From an uncultured Planctomycetales bacterium (GTDB lineage Bacteria; Planctomycetota; UBA1135), in the NCBI GenBank assembly GCA_964464385.1, contig CAYXFZ010000003.1, positions 6,109 through 53,305 on the forward strand: a stretch of 47,197 nucleotides of DNA, written 5' to 3'. The position numbers were made by a program, and so were the translations under genes. Positions within the stretch are counted from its first letter, which is position 1. Each line of letters opens with the position of its first letter. The notes beneath the pieces are model-generated. The model did not search any database. It was given only the letters and a program-made list of their open reading frames with translations, and was not told the origin of the DNA. Shown here piece by piece: positions 8,801 to 18,367 of this stretch.

Positions 8801-9918
8801 GCTTGGTCTTTGCCGTCGTGAATGGCGATGGATCCTTGGGTAATTTCATCCTCGAAGTCGAGGACGATGTCGCGGATTTCGTTTTCTCCGGCGGGGGTCA
8901 GGTGTTCGACCACTTGCAAGACATTGCGGGAATACAACTCGCTGGCGTGCACGGGCACGGTCGTGGGAAGATTGGGGTGGCCAAGGATGGTGACGCCATG
9001 AACGACGACATCTTTGCCGCATTGGGACAACTCGCAGTTGCCGCCTTGTGACACAGCGAGATCCACAATGACGGAGCCGGGTTTCATGCTTTGCACCATG
9101 GCGGCCGGGATTAGTAGGGGCGCTGGTCGGCCAGGAATGAGGGCGGTGGTGATGACCACATCGGCCTCGGCCACATGCGCGGCGACGGCCTCGGCCTGTT
9201 TCTTTTTGTACTCGTCCGAGGCCTCTTTGGCGTAAACGCTGGGCTCGGCCTGTTCTTCGTTGGTTTCCACTTCGATGAACTTCGCACCCAGAGATTCGAC
9301 TTGTTCCTTGACTTCGTGGCGAATGTCGGTGGCCCAAACTTGGGCGCCGAGGCGCTTGCCGGTGGCGATGGCTTGTAGCCCAGCAACACCGACACCAAAG
9401 ATGACAACTTTGGCCGGCTTGACGGTGCCAGCGGCTGTCATCAGCAAGGGAAAGTATTTTCCAAGGGCAGCAGCGCCGTTGATGACGGCCTTATAACCAC
9501 CGATGTTGGCCTGCGAGGAGAGCGCGTCCATCTTTTGGGCGCGAGTGATGCGGGGCACCATTTCCATGGCGAAGGCGGTCGTCCCTTGTTCGCGGAGGGC
9601 GCGAACGATCGCCTCGTTTTGGCCGGCCAGCAGGAAAGAAACGACGACGGCGCCCTTGGCAAATCGGCCGACCTCCTCCACAGAGGGCGGGGACACCTTG
9701 AGAATGATCTGGCCGCGGGCATAGCCATCCGTGGCATCCACAAGGGTGGCGCCCTCAATCTGGTAGGCCTCGTCCGAAAAGCACGCCGTGGCACCTGCAC
9801 TGCGCTCGACGAGGACCTCCAGGCCATTTTTCCGCATGCGGGCGACAGTTTCCGGGGTAGCAGCGACCCGGGTTTCTCCCGAGGCGGTTTCCTTGGCGAC
9901 GAAAACAGTAGTTGACAT
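8797..9918 (-). CDS. pntAA: NAD(P) transhydrogenase subunit alpha part 1 (alanine dehydrogenase/PNT-like)
   Basis: Rossmann motif VVIFGVGVAGLQAIATGKRLGA. Family-typical QANIGGYKAV and TTALIPGRPAP. Confidence 0.95.
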   Translation of the reverse strand: MSTTVFVAKETASGETRVAATPETVARMRKNGLEVLVERSAGATACFSDEAYQIEGATLVDATDGYARGQIILKVSPPSVEEVGRFAKGAVVVSFLLAGQNEAIVRALREQGTTAFAMEMVPRITRAQKMDALSSQANIGGYKAVINGAAALGKYFPLLMTAAGTVKPAKVVIFGVGVAGLQAIATGKRLGAQVWATDIRHEVKEQVESLGAKFIEVETNEEQAEPSVYAKEASDEYKKKQAEAVAAHVAEADVVITTALIPGRPAPLLIPAAMVQSMKPGSVIVDLAVSQGGNCELSQCGKDVVVHGVTILGHPNLPTTVPVHASELYSRNVLQVVEHLTPAGENEIRDIVLDFEDEITQGSIAIHDGKDQA

Positions 9919-10005
9919 GGGCGGGGACAGGTCGAAGAAGGGCAGAGTCTAGCTTCCTCTGAAGCGGCCCAAGCTTTCCTGCGCCGGAAGCGATTCATTT
10001 ATCCT

Positions 10006-10914
10006 GTGCGGGTGAAACCGGCGACCTTCCCCTTTCCTGGTCTGGAGGGTTATGCCCTTTTGAATTCAGGCGGCGGCGAAAAATTGGAGCGCATTGGGCA
10101 TCAGGTTTTACGCCGCCCGGATCCGCAGGCACTCTGGGATCCGAGGCTTGGGAAGGAGATTTGGCGCCAGGCCGACCTCCGTTTTGAAGCCGAGTCGGAT
10201 CGGGGGGGACGTTGGCTAGGATCGGGCGAGCGCGAGTGGTCTCTGAATTTGGTCGTGCCAGGTCTGAAGGAGGGGGCCAGGGTGCACATTCGGCCTACCC
10301 CGTTTCGGCACGTGGGCCTCTTCCCCGAGCAGGCCACGAACTGGCTTTGGCTGGAGGAGAAGCGACAGGTTTTGGCCACCGCTGGGGTGGAACGCCCGCG
10401 GCTTTTGAATCTCTTTGGATACACCGGCGCCGCCACTGTGTTGGCGGCAAAAGCAGGGTGGGAGTGCACCCATGTGGACGCTTCTCGGGCCTCTCTGGAT
10501 TGGGCCGCGGCCAACGCTCGCCTTTCGGATTTGCCCGGCGACGCTATCCGCTGGCTGCACGAGGACGCCGCCAAGTTTGTCGCCCGAGAGGCCCGTCGTG
10601 GCAATGTTTACCATGCCATTTTGGTGGATCCGCCGGCCTATGGCCGAGGCCCCAAGAGCGAAAAGTGGCTGTTTGCCGAGGGCATTGCAGACCTATTGGC
10701 GATGTCCTTGGGCCTTTTGACCAAGAATCAACCCGCAGGCCTTGTGGTTTCCGCCTATGCGGTTGCCTTTTCCCCCATGCTCTTTGCCAACATGCTGCCT
10801 ACAGGGGCCGAGGTTGGTGAGTTGGGGATACCCGAGGAGGATCACGATTCAGGCGAGTTCCCCTCGTGTCGGATCTTGCCCTGTGGATTTGGAGCTCGCT
10901 GGTGGCGGGACTGA
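10006..10914 (+). CDS. Class I SAM-dependent (rRNA large-subunit type) methyltransferase
   Basis: LLNLFGYTGAATVLAAKAG (SAM motif I) and ILVDPPAYGRGPK (DPP catalytic block), as in the RlmI/RlmK-like family. GTG start. Confidence 0.75.
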   Translation: MRVKPATFPFPGLEGYALLNSGGGEKLERIGHQVLRRPDPQALWDPRLGKEIWRQADLRFEAESDRGGRWLGSGEREWSLNLVVPGLKEGARVHIRPTPFRHVGLFPEQATNWLWLEEKRQVLATAGVERPRLLNLFGYTGAATVLAAKAGWECTHVDASRASLDWAAANARLSDLPGDAIRWLHEDAAKFVAREARRGNVYHAILVDPPAYGRGPKSEKWLFAEGIADLLAMSLGLLTKNQPAGLVVSAYAVAFSPMLFANMLPTGAEVGELGIPEEDHDSGEFPSCRILPCGFGARWWRD

Positions 10915-11603
10915 ACGTCCTTCTCGCCGACAATCACCTGCTGGCTGTGTGCAAGCCGGCGGGTTTGCCCGTCGTGCCGGATTCCAGCGGCGATTCCTCG
11001 CTGCTGGATCAGGCCAAGGCCTGGGTGGCCGAGGACAAGAACAAGCCTGGCGCGGTTTTTTTGGGGGTGGTGCATCGATTGGATCGCCCGGTTTCTGGCG
11101 TCGTGCTCTTTGCCCGCACTAGCAAGGCGGCATCGCGTTTGTCGGCCGCATGGCGGGATGGTCTTGTCGAAAAAACCTACCAAGCGATGGGTCTCGGGGA
11201 TCCTCCTGCCGAAGCCGACGATCCCGTCGGCGAGTCCGGCCTTTGCGAGCAGTGGTTGCTGAAAGATCACGAACGCAATCTTGTGCGGGTCGTTGCGGAA
11301 GGAACGGAAGGCGCCCGCTTGGCTCGCACCACCTGGCGCGTCTTGGCCGCAAAGGAAGGTCAAGTCTGTTTTGAGTTGGCGCCGCAAACCGGCCGCTCGC
11401 ATCAATTACGCGTGGCCTGTGCCAGTTTGGGATGTCCGTTGTTGGGGGATTTGAAATACGGCGCCGAGCGACCGCTTCCCGACAAGAGCATTGCCCTGCA
11501 CGCTCAACGCCTCGTCTTCCCGCATCCCGTGGGCGGAGCCGAAGTGGAAGTGACGGCACCAATGCCGCCGACTCTGGTCTCAAGTTGGTTTGCGGGCGAG
11601 TAG
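10866..11603 (+). CDS. RluA-family pseudouridine synthase
   Basis: LLAVCKPAGLPVVPD and catalytic HRLDRPVSGVVLFA, plus GRSHQLRV. The start is uncertain: GTG 10866 or GTG 10902. Either one overlaps the upstream methyltransferase gene. Confidence 0.85.
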   Translation: MSDLALWIWSSLVAGLNVLLADNHLLAVCKPAGLPVVPDSSGDSSLLDQAKAWVAEDKNKPGAVFLGVVHRLDRPVSGVVLFARTSKAASRLSAAWRDGLVEKTYQAMGLGDPPAEADDPVGESGLCEQWLLKDHERNLVRVVAEGTEGARLARTTWRVLAAKEGQVCFELAPQTGRSHQLRVACASLGCPLLGDLKYGAERPLPDKSIALHAQRLVFPHPVGGAEVEVTAPMPPTLVSSWFAGE

Positions 11604-13295
11604 GCGTTGCGCCGCGTGGCGAGCGGCTTGGCGGCCGTCGAGGGCAGCGGAAACGATGCCACCTGCCCAGCCGGCACCTTCACCGGCAGGGAAGAGCCCC
11701 GCTACGCCCACGGCCATGCCGTGGATTTCGTCGCGCAGGATGCGGACGGGAGAAGAAGTGCGCGTTTCGACGCCGACCATTTGGCCTTCCGGGCCGGCGA
11801 AGCCGGGGAGTTGTTGGTCGAATTCCAGCAAGCCTTCCTGCAGTCGAACGGCGACGCCCTTGGGAAGAAAGTCGTGGAAATTGGCCGCCGTCAAACCGGG
11901 CAGATAAGAGGAGGGAAGGGAAGGCCCCTCGCGATTGACGACAAAGTCGGCGCAGACTTGCGCCGGTGCCTTGTTGTTGCCGCCACCGGCATGCGCGGCC
12001 AGCACTTCCAGGGCGTGTTGCAAGCGCACGCCAAAGAAGGGATCGATGTCGGGATGCACCGGTAGGCGCCCCTCGGCAACCGGTATGTCGGCGCCGCCAC
12101 GCGGGTCCGTGATGGTCTCGTGCAAGAGCGGGTCGGCCGAAATTTCGGCGGCGCGTTGAAGGATGGCAGGCCAGCCCCAACGCCAGCCCCGTTTGCCACA
12201 CCAGTCCTTGGGTTCCAGGCCAACGACGATGCCGGAGTTGGCGAATGGGGAATCTCGTTTGGACAAACTCATACCGTTGACCACACAGCGATCTGCCGCA
12301 GTGGAGGAGGGCACGATCCAACCGCCGGGGCACATGCAAAAGGACCAAACTCCGCGCTCGTTGATTTGCGTTGAGAGTTCGTAGAAAGCGGGCGGCAGTT
12401 CCTCGATCGCCGAGCCGCGGTATTGGCGCGCATCCAGGAGTTCTTGCGAGTGCTCCACGCGCACGCCGAGGGCAAAGCCCTTGGCCTGAACCGTGGCACC
12501 GGCGTCCGTGGCCATGCGCAAGGAGTCCAAGGCGCTGTGTCCCGTGGCTAAAAGCACGGCATCGGCGGCCAAGATCTCGCCGTCGGCCAGGACCACTCCT
12601 CGAACCGAGCCATCTTCCACCGTCAGGCTGGTGACGCAGGCATCAAAGCGCACGATGGCGCCCGCCGCTACCAAATTCTCACGGAGGGCGGTGATGACCT
12701 TGGGGAGTTGGTTGCTGCCGACATGCGGCCGCCAACTCACGAGAATGTCATCTGAGGCGCCGTGGGCGACCAGCTCGTGCAATACTTCTTGAATCTCCTG
12801 TGAATCACCGGAGCGGGTGTACAGCTTGCCGTCGGAGAAGGTCCCGGCGCCGCCCTCGCCGAAGCAGTAGTTGCTCTCCGGATTCAGGCCTTGGCCGCGG
12901 TTGAGTTCGGCGATGTCGCGCCGCCGAGCTTGCACATCCTTGCCGCGCTCTAGCAGGGTGACGGCGACGCCCGCCCGCAGAAGTTCCTGGGTGGCAAACA
13001 AGCCGGCCGGCCCGGCGCCAATGACGACAACATGGGGGGCGCCCACGGCAGGACCGGCAAAGGGCCGCGGTTCCCAGTGCGTGGGTTCGGCATCGCCGGC
13101 AAAGCGAACTTCAAACTCGGCCCGCCAGCGGGCCGTTCCCTTGCGCGCGTCCAGGCTATATTTTTTTAAAGTCCAGCCGAGAAGTGTTTCCGGGTCGAAA
13201 CCATCGGCCTTGGCCAACAGGGAAGGCACGACCTCGGCATCCAAGGAAGATGGATGCTCCTCGGGAAGGAGGTGTAGGACTACAACGCGAGCCAT
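11580..13295 (-). CDS. FAD-dependent oxidoreductase, COG2509-like
   Basis: Dinucleotide-binding VVVIGAGPAGLFATQELLRAG...LLERG and C-terminal FPAGEGAGWAGGIVSAA. About 85-aa N-terminal extra domain. Substrate unknown. Confidence 0.75.
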   Translation of the reverse strand: MARVVVLHLLPEEHPSSLDAEVVPSLLAKADGFDPETLLGWTLKKYSLDARKGTARWRAEFEVRFAGDAEPTHWEPRPFAGPAVGAPHVVVIGAGPAGLFATQELLRAGVAVTLLERGKDVQARRRDIAELNRGQGLNPESNYCFGEGGAGTFSDGKLYTRSGDSQEIQEVLHELVAHGASDDILVSWRPHVGSNQLPKVITALRENLVAAGAIVRFDACVTSLTVEDGSVRGVVLADGEILAADAVLLATGHSALDSLRMATDAGATVQAKGFALGVRVEHSQELLDARQYRGSAIEELPPAFYELSTQINERGVWSFCMCPGGWIVPSSTAADRCVVNGMSLSKRDSPFANSGIVVGLEPKDWCGKRGWRWGWPAILQRAAEISADPLLHETITDPRGGADIPVAEGRLPVHPDIDPFFGVRLQHALEVLAAHAGGGNNKAPAQVCADFVVNREGPSLPSSYLPGLTAANFHDFLPKGVAVRLQEGLLEFDQQLPGFAGPEGQMVGVETRTSSPVRILRDEIHGMAVGVAGLFPAGEGAGWAGGIVSAALDGRQAARHAAQRLLARKPT

Positions 13296-13301
13296 GTGGA
13301 G

Positions 13302-15587
13302 TTACTCAGGCACCGTGGCTCGTTGGGCTTCGGAAAGGGCGGCATCCAGGCTGGCGATGGCGGTCAATCGAACCACATCGGAAACGCCAGCGCTGTGTGG
13401 CTGCAACATATGGGCGGGACGATCCAGCCCGCACATGACCGGCCCGACGACGGGGGCGTCCGTCATGGTACGCACCAAGTTGAGCCCAATGTTGGCGGCT
13501 TCCAGGGAAGGGAAGATGAGCAAGTTGGCGGGTTTGCCGCCCAGAATGGACTTTTCATATCGCGTCTGCACGGTGGGGTCGAGGGCGGCATCCACGCGCA
13601 TTTCCCCGTCCACGATCAGCGTAGGATCTTCTTCGCGAGCCAAGGCTACGGCCTGTCGCACCATGTCGGAGCGCGGGTGCGGGGTGCCGCCGTAAGAAGA
13701 AAAGGAGAGTAGGGCGGCCCGCGGCTCCACGCCCAATTTGCGCATGGCGTCGGCGGCCAACAGGGTGACTTCGGCCAACCCTTCGGAATCCAATTCGATG
13801 TTGACGGAGGTGTCGGCCAAAAAGAGGGTGCCGTCATTGCGGAAGATCATGCTTAGACCACAGGCGCGACGCACTCCCGGGCGCAAGGGAATGACCTTGA
13901 GCATGGGTGGCATGGTCTTGCGCACTTCGCGGGTGACTCCACAAACCATGCCGTCTGCCTCGCCCATTCGCACCATCATGGGGCCAAACCACATGGGGTC
14001 CAGAATCCGCTGGGCGGCATCCTCTTGCGAGGCGCCACGGTGCTGGCGTATGCGGAAGAGTTCTTCGCGGAATTCTTCGAGTCGCGGATGCGTTTCCGGA
14101 TCCACGATTTCCACACCGTCCAAGGAATAGCCAAATTTCTCGGCCTTGGCGCGAATGGCGTCGGCATCTCCAATCAAGATTGGAGATGCGATGCGCTCCG
14201 AAATGACAGCTTCGGCGGCGATCAGGATCCGATCTGCATCGCCTTCCGGGTAAACAATTCGCTTCGGGTCGCGGCGGGCGCGGGAAACGATGCGGCGCAT
14301 GAGTTCACGCTCTTCACCGATGCGCTCGCCGAGTTGGCGAACGTAAGTTTCCATGTCCAGCTGGTGTCGGGCAACGCCGGTTTCCATGGCCGCTTCGGCG
14401 ACGGCGGCGGCGACGCGACGAATCACCCGGTGATCCAAAGCCTTGGGTATGAAATAGTCGCGACCGAACTCCAGGGCGTCTTTTCCGTAGGCGTGGGCGA
14501 CTACATCCGGCACGGGGTCGCGGGCTAATTCGGCCAGAGCATTGGCCGCGGCACGGAGCATCGAGCGGTTGATCGTGGTGGCGCCGACATCCAAGGCGCC
14601 GCGAAAGATGAACGGGAAACCCAACACGTTGTTGGCCTGGTTGGGATAGTCCGATCGGCCAGTGGCCATGATCACATCGTCGCGAGTCTCGTGCGCCAAC
14701 TCCCAAGTAATTTCGGGGTCGGGATTGGCCATGGCAAACACGATCGGGTTGGCTGCCATGCTAGACAACATCTCGGGCGACATGACGTCGGCGACGGATA
14801 AGCCATAAAACGCATCGGCGTTGACCAAGGCGTCGGCCAAGGTGCGGGCCTCAGTCTCGTTGGCGAAAGGTTCTTTCCAACGGTTCATGCCCTCGGGCCG
14901 ACCCTTCCATAAAACACCTTTGCTATCACAAAGAATGATGTTCTTGGCTTGCACGCCCATTTCGACCGCGGACCGGGCGCAGGCCAGGGCGGAAGCGCCG
15001 GCGCCACTCACCACCAATTTGAGCTCATCCAACTTCTTGCCGGCAATGTCGGCAGCGTTGATGAGGGCAGCGGCGGCAATGACCGCCGTGCCATGTTGGT
15101 CGTCGTGGAAAACGGGAATGTCCAACTCTTGACGCAGGCGCTTTTCCACCTCGAAACAGATGGGCGAGCCAATGTCCTCCAGGTTGATGCCGGCGAAGGT
15201 AGGAGAAATGGCCTTGACGGCGGCAACGATGCCCTCCACATCGTGGACATCCAGCTCGATGTCGAAGACATCAATGTCGGCAAAGCGCTTGAATAAAACT
15301 CCCTTGCCTTCCATGACGGGCTTGGCGCCGAGAGGCCCAAGGTTGCCCAGGCCGAGGACGGCCGAGCCGTCAGACACGACGGCGACCAAGTTGCCCTTGG
15401 CCGTGTAGTCGTACACTTTGGCTGGATCCTTGGCGATCTCTCGGCAGGGCTCGGCTACCCCGGGGGAGTAAGCCAGCGAGAGATCAATTTGGGTCAGGCA
15501 GGGCTTCGTCGGGACGACTTCGATCTTGCCCGGCCTTCCTAGGGCGTGGTATTCGAGCGCCTCTTTTTTGGAGGTAAGGTTCGACAT
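13302..15587 (-). CDS. maeB: NADP-dependent malic enzyme with C-terminal phosphotransacetylase-like domain
   Basis: 761 aa. LSLAYSPGVAEPC, FHDDQHGTA and VVSGAGASALA (malic enzyme), then a PTA-like C-terminal half. Confidence 0.95.
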   Translation of the reverse strand: MSNLTSKKEALEYHALGRPGKIEVVPTKPCLTQIDLSLAYSPGVAEPCREIAKDPAKVYDYTAKGNLVAVVSDGSAVLGLGNLGPLGAKPVMEGKGVLFKRFADIDVFDIELDVHDVEGIVAAVKAISPTFAGINLEDIGSPICFEVEKRLRQELDIPVFHDDQHGTAVIAAAALINAADIAGKKLDELKLVVSGAGASALACARSAVEMGVQAKNIILCDSKGVLWKGRPEGMNRWKEPFANETEARTLADALVNADAFYGLSVADVMSPEMLSSMAANPIVFAMANPDPEITWELAHETRDDVIMATGRSDYPNQANNVLGFPFIFRGALDVGATTINRSMLRAAANALAELARDPVPDVVAHAYGKDALEFGRDYFIPKALDHRVIRRVAAAVAEAAMETGVARHQLDMETYVRQLGERIGEERELMRRIVSRARRDPKRIVYPEGDADRILIAAEAVISERIASPILIGDADAIRAKAEKFGYSLDGVEIVDPETHPRLEEFREELFRIRQHRGASQEDAAQRILDPMWFGPMMVRMGEADGMVCGVTREVRKTMPPMLKVIPLRPGVRRACGLSMIFRNDGTLFLADTSVNIELDSEGLAEVTLLAADAMRKLGVEPRAALLSFSSYGGTPHPRSDMVRQAVALAREEDPTLIVDGEMRVDAALDPTVQTRYEKSILGGKPANLLIFPSLEAANIGLNLVRTMTDAPVVGPVMCGLDRPAHMLQPHSAGVSDVVRLTAIASLDAALSEAQRATVPE

Positions 15588-15668
15588 GGGTTGCCATTAT
15601 CGCCGTATTCCGGCACGGGAACCAAAGAACCTGGTTACGAAGGCGAAAAAAAACTGTGCCTCACTGGC

Positions 15669-17312
15669 TCAGGGGATCACGCTGACCGGGTAGGGGGCGG
15701 AAACCAGGGCGCCACTGCCAGGGAGGATGGCGACTGCGCAGACCCAATAATTGCGACCCAAGCGGTTGGCATGCCAGCCGGGTTGGCCCAAACCGACACA
15801 AAGGCCGTCGCCATTGATGTTGAGGGTGCCGCTTCCGCCAAGGAGAAAACCTAAGGGGCTGAGGTTAGTGACCGTGCGCTGGAAAACAACGCAATCGGAA
15901 AGCGGAATGGAAACGCCGTTGACGAGGGTCGGACCGGTTCCCACACCGGACATCAAGATGCGGTAGGCGGCACCTTTCCAGGAGATGGGAAAATCCAAGG
16001 ACATGCGGACAGAGTCGGCGGCCGCGACCGAAATGGTGTCCTTGTCCACGTACATGAAGGGATTGAAGGACCAAATTCCGGACGTGCCGTTGGCGGTCAG
16101 ACCCCCAGTGTTTTCTCGTGGCGCCCCGGCACCCACTTCTGGGCGAGAGTCCTTGTTCATATCGGGAATGCGAGCGACGGAAAAGCCGAGGTTGGAGCCT
16201 GGATTGCCCTGGAGATGCAAAAATTCGCGACCCGAGATCCCAGAAAATGCGTGCACGGTACCGGCGCTTAGGCCTGGCTGGCCGGGAGCGCCCACCAAGA
16301 GATCGGGTTCCCCGTCGCCATCCACATCACCACCATCGGCAATGCTGAAACCAAAACCTTCGCCTTTCCGAGAGCCATTGATTTTGCCCAACAAGGAAAA
16401 GTTTGCCCCCGAAAAGAGGCGCACTTCCCCAAGTCGGGTTCCCGGGTTTCCCCATGGGGAACTGACGGCAATGTCGCGCGCGCCGTCTTGGTCAAAGTCG
16501 CCGACGCTGGCAATCTCCCATCCATAATTAACGGACGGCCGGCTCTTGGTTGGGGGTAAGTTGCCGATTGGGCTACCATCCAATCCAGAGAGCACGACGG
16601 CGAGATTGGACTCGGGTGCGCCAACGGCAAAATCGGGGATCCCATCCCCATTCAAATCGCCGACTCCGGCCACGGAATGGCCAAAGGAAAGGACTCCGGT
16701 GGGCGCCTTGATCGCCAACAACACGGCTCCGTTTGCGCCAGAAAGGATGCGCACTTCCCCCTTTCGGGTAGGCGAAAAGGTTTTTCCCGGTGAGCCGTAG
16801 AGGAGGTCGTCGAAACCATCTCCGTTCACATCGCCGATGCGTCCTAGGCCGCGGCCCAATTGATCACCAAAACCGCCGACAAAGGTGCCCATGGGAGTGG
16901 CGTTGGCGCCCGAGTAGATCCGCAACCAACCGGTGGCACCCAAGCCACCTGCGGAGGAATCTTTTGCGTGAATGCCAAAATCCGGGACACCGTCGCCATT
17001 GATATCCCCGACCACCGCTAGCCGAGTGCCCAAACCGCAGCCCAGGAATTGCCCGGGAATGCGGAGCAAAACTCGTTGGGTTCCCGTGGACCAAATGGTG
17101 GCTTCGCCGGCCCCGGTCAGGCCCAAGGTGCTCTTTCCCGGGGCGCCGATGAGGAGGTCGGGAATTCCATCCCAATCAAAATCAGAGATTGTGATGAAAG
17201 AAGTACCAAACTCGTTCTGATTCGCGTCTCCTTCCAGGCTAGCCAATGGTGTAATCCCGCCGCCCAGTTGGAGTACGAGGGGAATCAGGAGGGAGAGACC
17301 AGAAAAACCCAT
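15669..17312 (-). CDS. Secreted FG-GAP repeat (integrin-alpha-like beta-propeller) protein
   Basis: Repeated GD(V/L/F)(N/D)GDG.PD...GAP blocks, about 7 of them. Signal peptide begins at ATG 17312 (MGFSGLSLLIPLVLQ). The longer track ORF to 17630 overlaps the upstream gene and is Ser/Pro/Ala junk. Confidence 0.8.
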   Translation of the reverse strand: MGFSGLSLLIPLVLQLGGGITPLASLEGDANQNEFGTSFITISDFDWDGIPDLLIGAPGKSTLGLTGAGEATIWSTGTQRVLLRIPGQFLGCGLGTRLAVVGDINGDGVPDFGIHAKDSSAGGLGATGWLRIYSGANATPMGTFVGGFGDQLGRGLGRIGDVNGDGFDDLLYGSPGKTFSPTRKGEVRILSGANGAVLLAIKAPTGVLSFGHSVAGVGDLNGDGIPDFAVGAPESNLAVVLSGLDGSPIGNLPPTKSRPSVNYGWEIASVGDFDQDGARDIAVSSPWGNPGTRLGEVRLFSGANFSLLGKINGSRKGEGFGFSIADGGDVDGDGEPDLLVGAPGQPGLSAGTVHAFSGISGREFLHLQGNPGSNLGFSVARIPDMNKDSRPEVGAGAPRENTGGLTANGTSGIWSFNPFMYVDKDTISVAAADSVRMSLDFPISWKGAAYRILMSGVGTGPTLVNGVSIPLSDCVVFQRTVTNLSPLGFLLGGSGTLNINGDGLCVGLGQPGWHANRLGRNYWVCAVAILPGSGALVSAPYPVSVIP

Positions 17313-17325
17313 AGAGTGAATCCTA

Positions 17326-18318
17326 TCAAGAAAAGCTTGTTTCCGCTTTGCGGAGCCCGTCAAGGGCAGCGGCATGAATCGCGGCCGAGGAAGCGACCAA
17401 CACGCCCCGATTTTCTTCCAGCGCATTGCCCAAAGAAAAATCCAATGATTTGCCGTCCAAGTCGGTGACGATGGCGCCCGCTTCGGTGGCGACGATGGCG
17501 CCGCCGGCGTGATCCCAGACCTTTTCGCGGTAGTCGGGGCGATTGCGGGGCCGGATGTAGAGCTCGGCTGCTCCTTGAGCGACAATGCCGTATTTGACCT
17601 GGCTGTCGTAGCGGACAAAGCCGCCATCAACTCCCGCGGCCGCCATCATGTCCGTGACCAACTTGGGGTCGCCATGACTGGACTCCACAGAGCCAAGGAC
17701 GCGAATGTGGGCTGGGTCCGTGGTCTCGCTGGCCCGCGCGACCGTGGCCTCGCCGCCATCCAAGGGCACGCGGCGACAGCCCTGGCCTTGAGCGGCGATG
17801 TAAAGGACGCCGCGGGGGCCGTCGGGTTGGCCCAAATCCACGGGCAGGTTGGGGCAGGCCAAGACCCCGGCGACTGGCAAGCCGTTTTGCAGGATGCCGA
17901 TGGCGACGGCGTATTGGTCGCCGCGCAGAAAACCCTTGGTGCCATCAATCGGATCTACACACCAAACAAACTCGGCGTCCTCCACACCGGCGTGATCAAT
18001 CCAAGTGCAGACTTGCTCAAAGTCGGCCTCGACTCCGGCGGCGGCCACGGCGGAGAGGATGGCGGCCACCCCGGTTTCATCACTGTTGGCCCGCAGGTGC
18101 TCGGCACCTTCTTCGGAAATCACGCCGTGGTCCGGAAAATCGACCGCGACTTCACGCAGAATGACTGCCTGGGAAGCGTAGTCGGCAAGAGTCACCGGGG
18201 ATTTGTCCCCTTTGGCCATGGCTTCGACGGCCGCAGAGGCCACGGCGCGGCAGCAAGCGGAAGCGGCGCGCCCGGCGCGCTCGGCCGTGGCAAGAATGGA
18301 GTCGAAGGCGTGGTCCAT
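17326..18318 (-). CDS. 3'(2'),5'-bisphosphate nucleotidase / inositol monophosphatase family, HAL2/SAL1-like
   Basis: SPVTLADY, WCVDPIDGTKGFLRGDQYAVAIG, KVWDHAGG. Confidence 0.8.
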   Translation of the reverse strand: MDHAFDSILATAERAGRAASACCRAVASAAVEAMAKGDKSPVTLADYASQAVILREVAVDFPDHGVISEEGAEHLRANSDETGVAAILSAVAAAGVEADFEQVCTWIDHAGVEDAEFVWCVDPIDGTKGFLRGDQYAVAIGILQNGLPVAGVLACPNLPVDLGQPDGPRGVLYIAAQGQGCRRVPLDGGEATVARASETTDPAHIRVLGSVESSHGDPKLVTDMMAAAGVDGGFVRYDSQVKYGIVAQGAAELYIRPRNRPDYREKVWDHAGGAIVATEAGAIVTDLDGKSLDFSLGNALEENRGVLVASSAAIHAAALDGLRKAETSFS

Positions 18319-18367
18319 GAGGCCGACTATTTTAGGCGAATGGCTGACTCCAAACGGCGCCGGACGT

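Noticed and set aside
15630-15668. Possible intrinsic terminator after the FG-GAP gene (minus-strand T8 at 15643-15650).
   Set aside because: The preceding stem is only ~3-4 bp (GCC..GGC) and is separated from the T-run. That is too weak to call as a feature.
15669-17630. N-terminal extensions of many track ORFs. Examples: FG-GAP to 17630, djlA to 24571, ctaB to 43444, actF from 34666, sco from 35898, ctaC from 37013, dus to 22612.
   Set aside because: The extensions overlap the upstream gene and are Arg/Pro/Ser-rich. An internal ATG placed 0-14 nt from the upstream stop gives a proper signal peptide or family-typical N-terminus.
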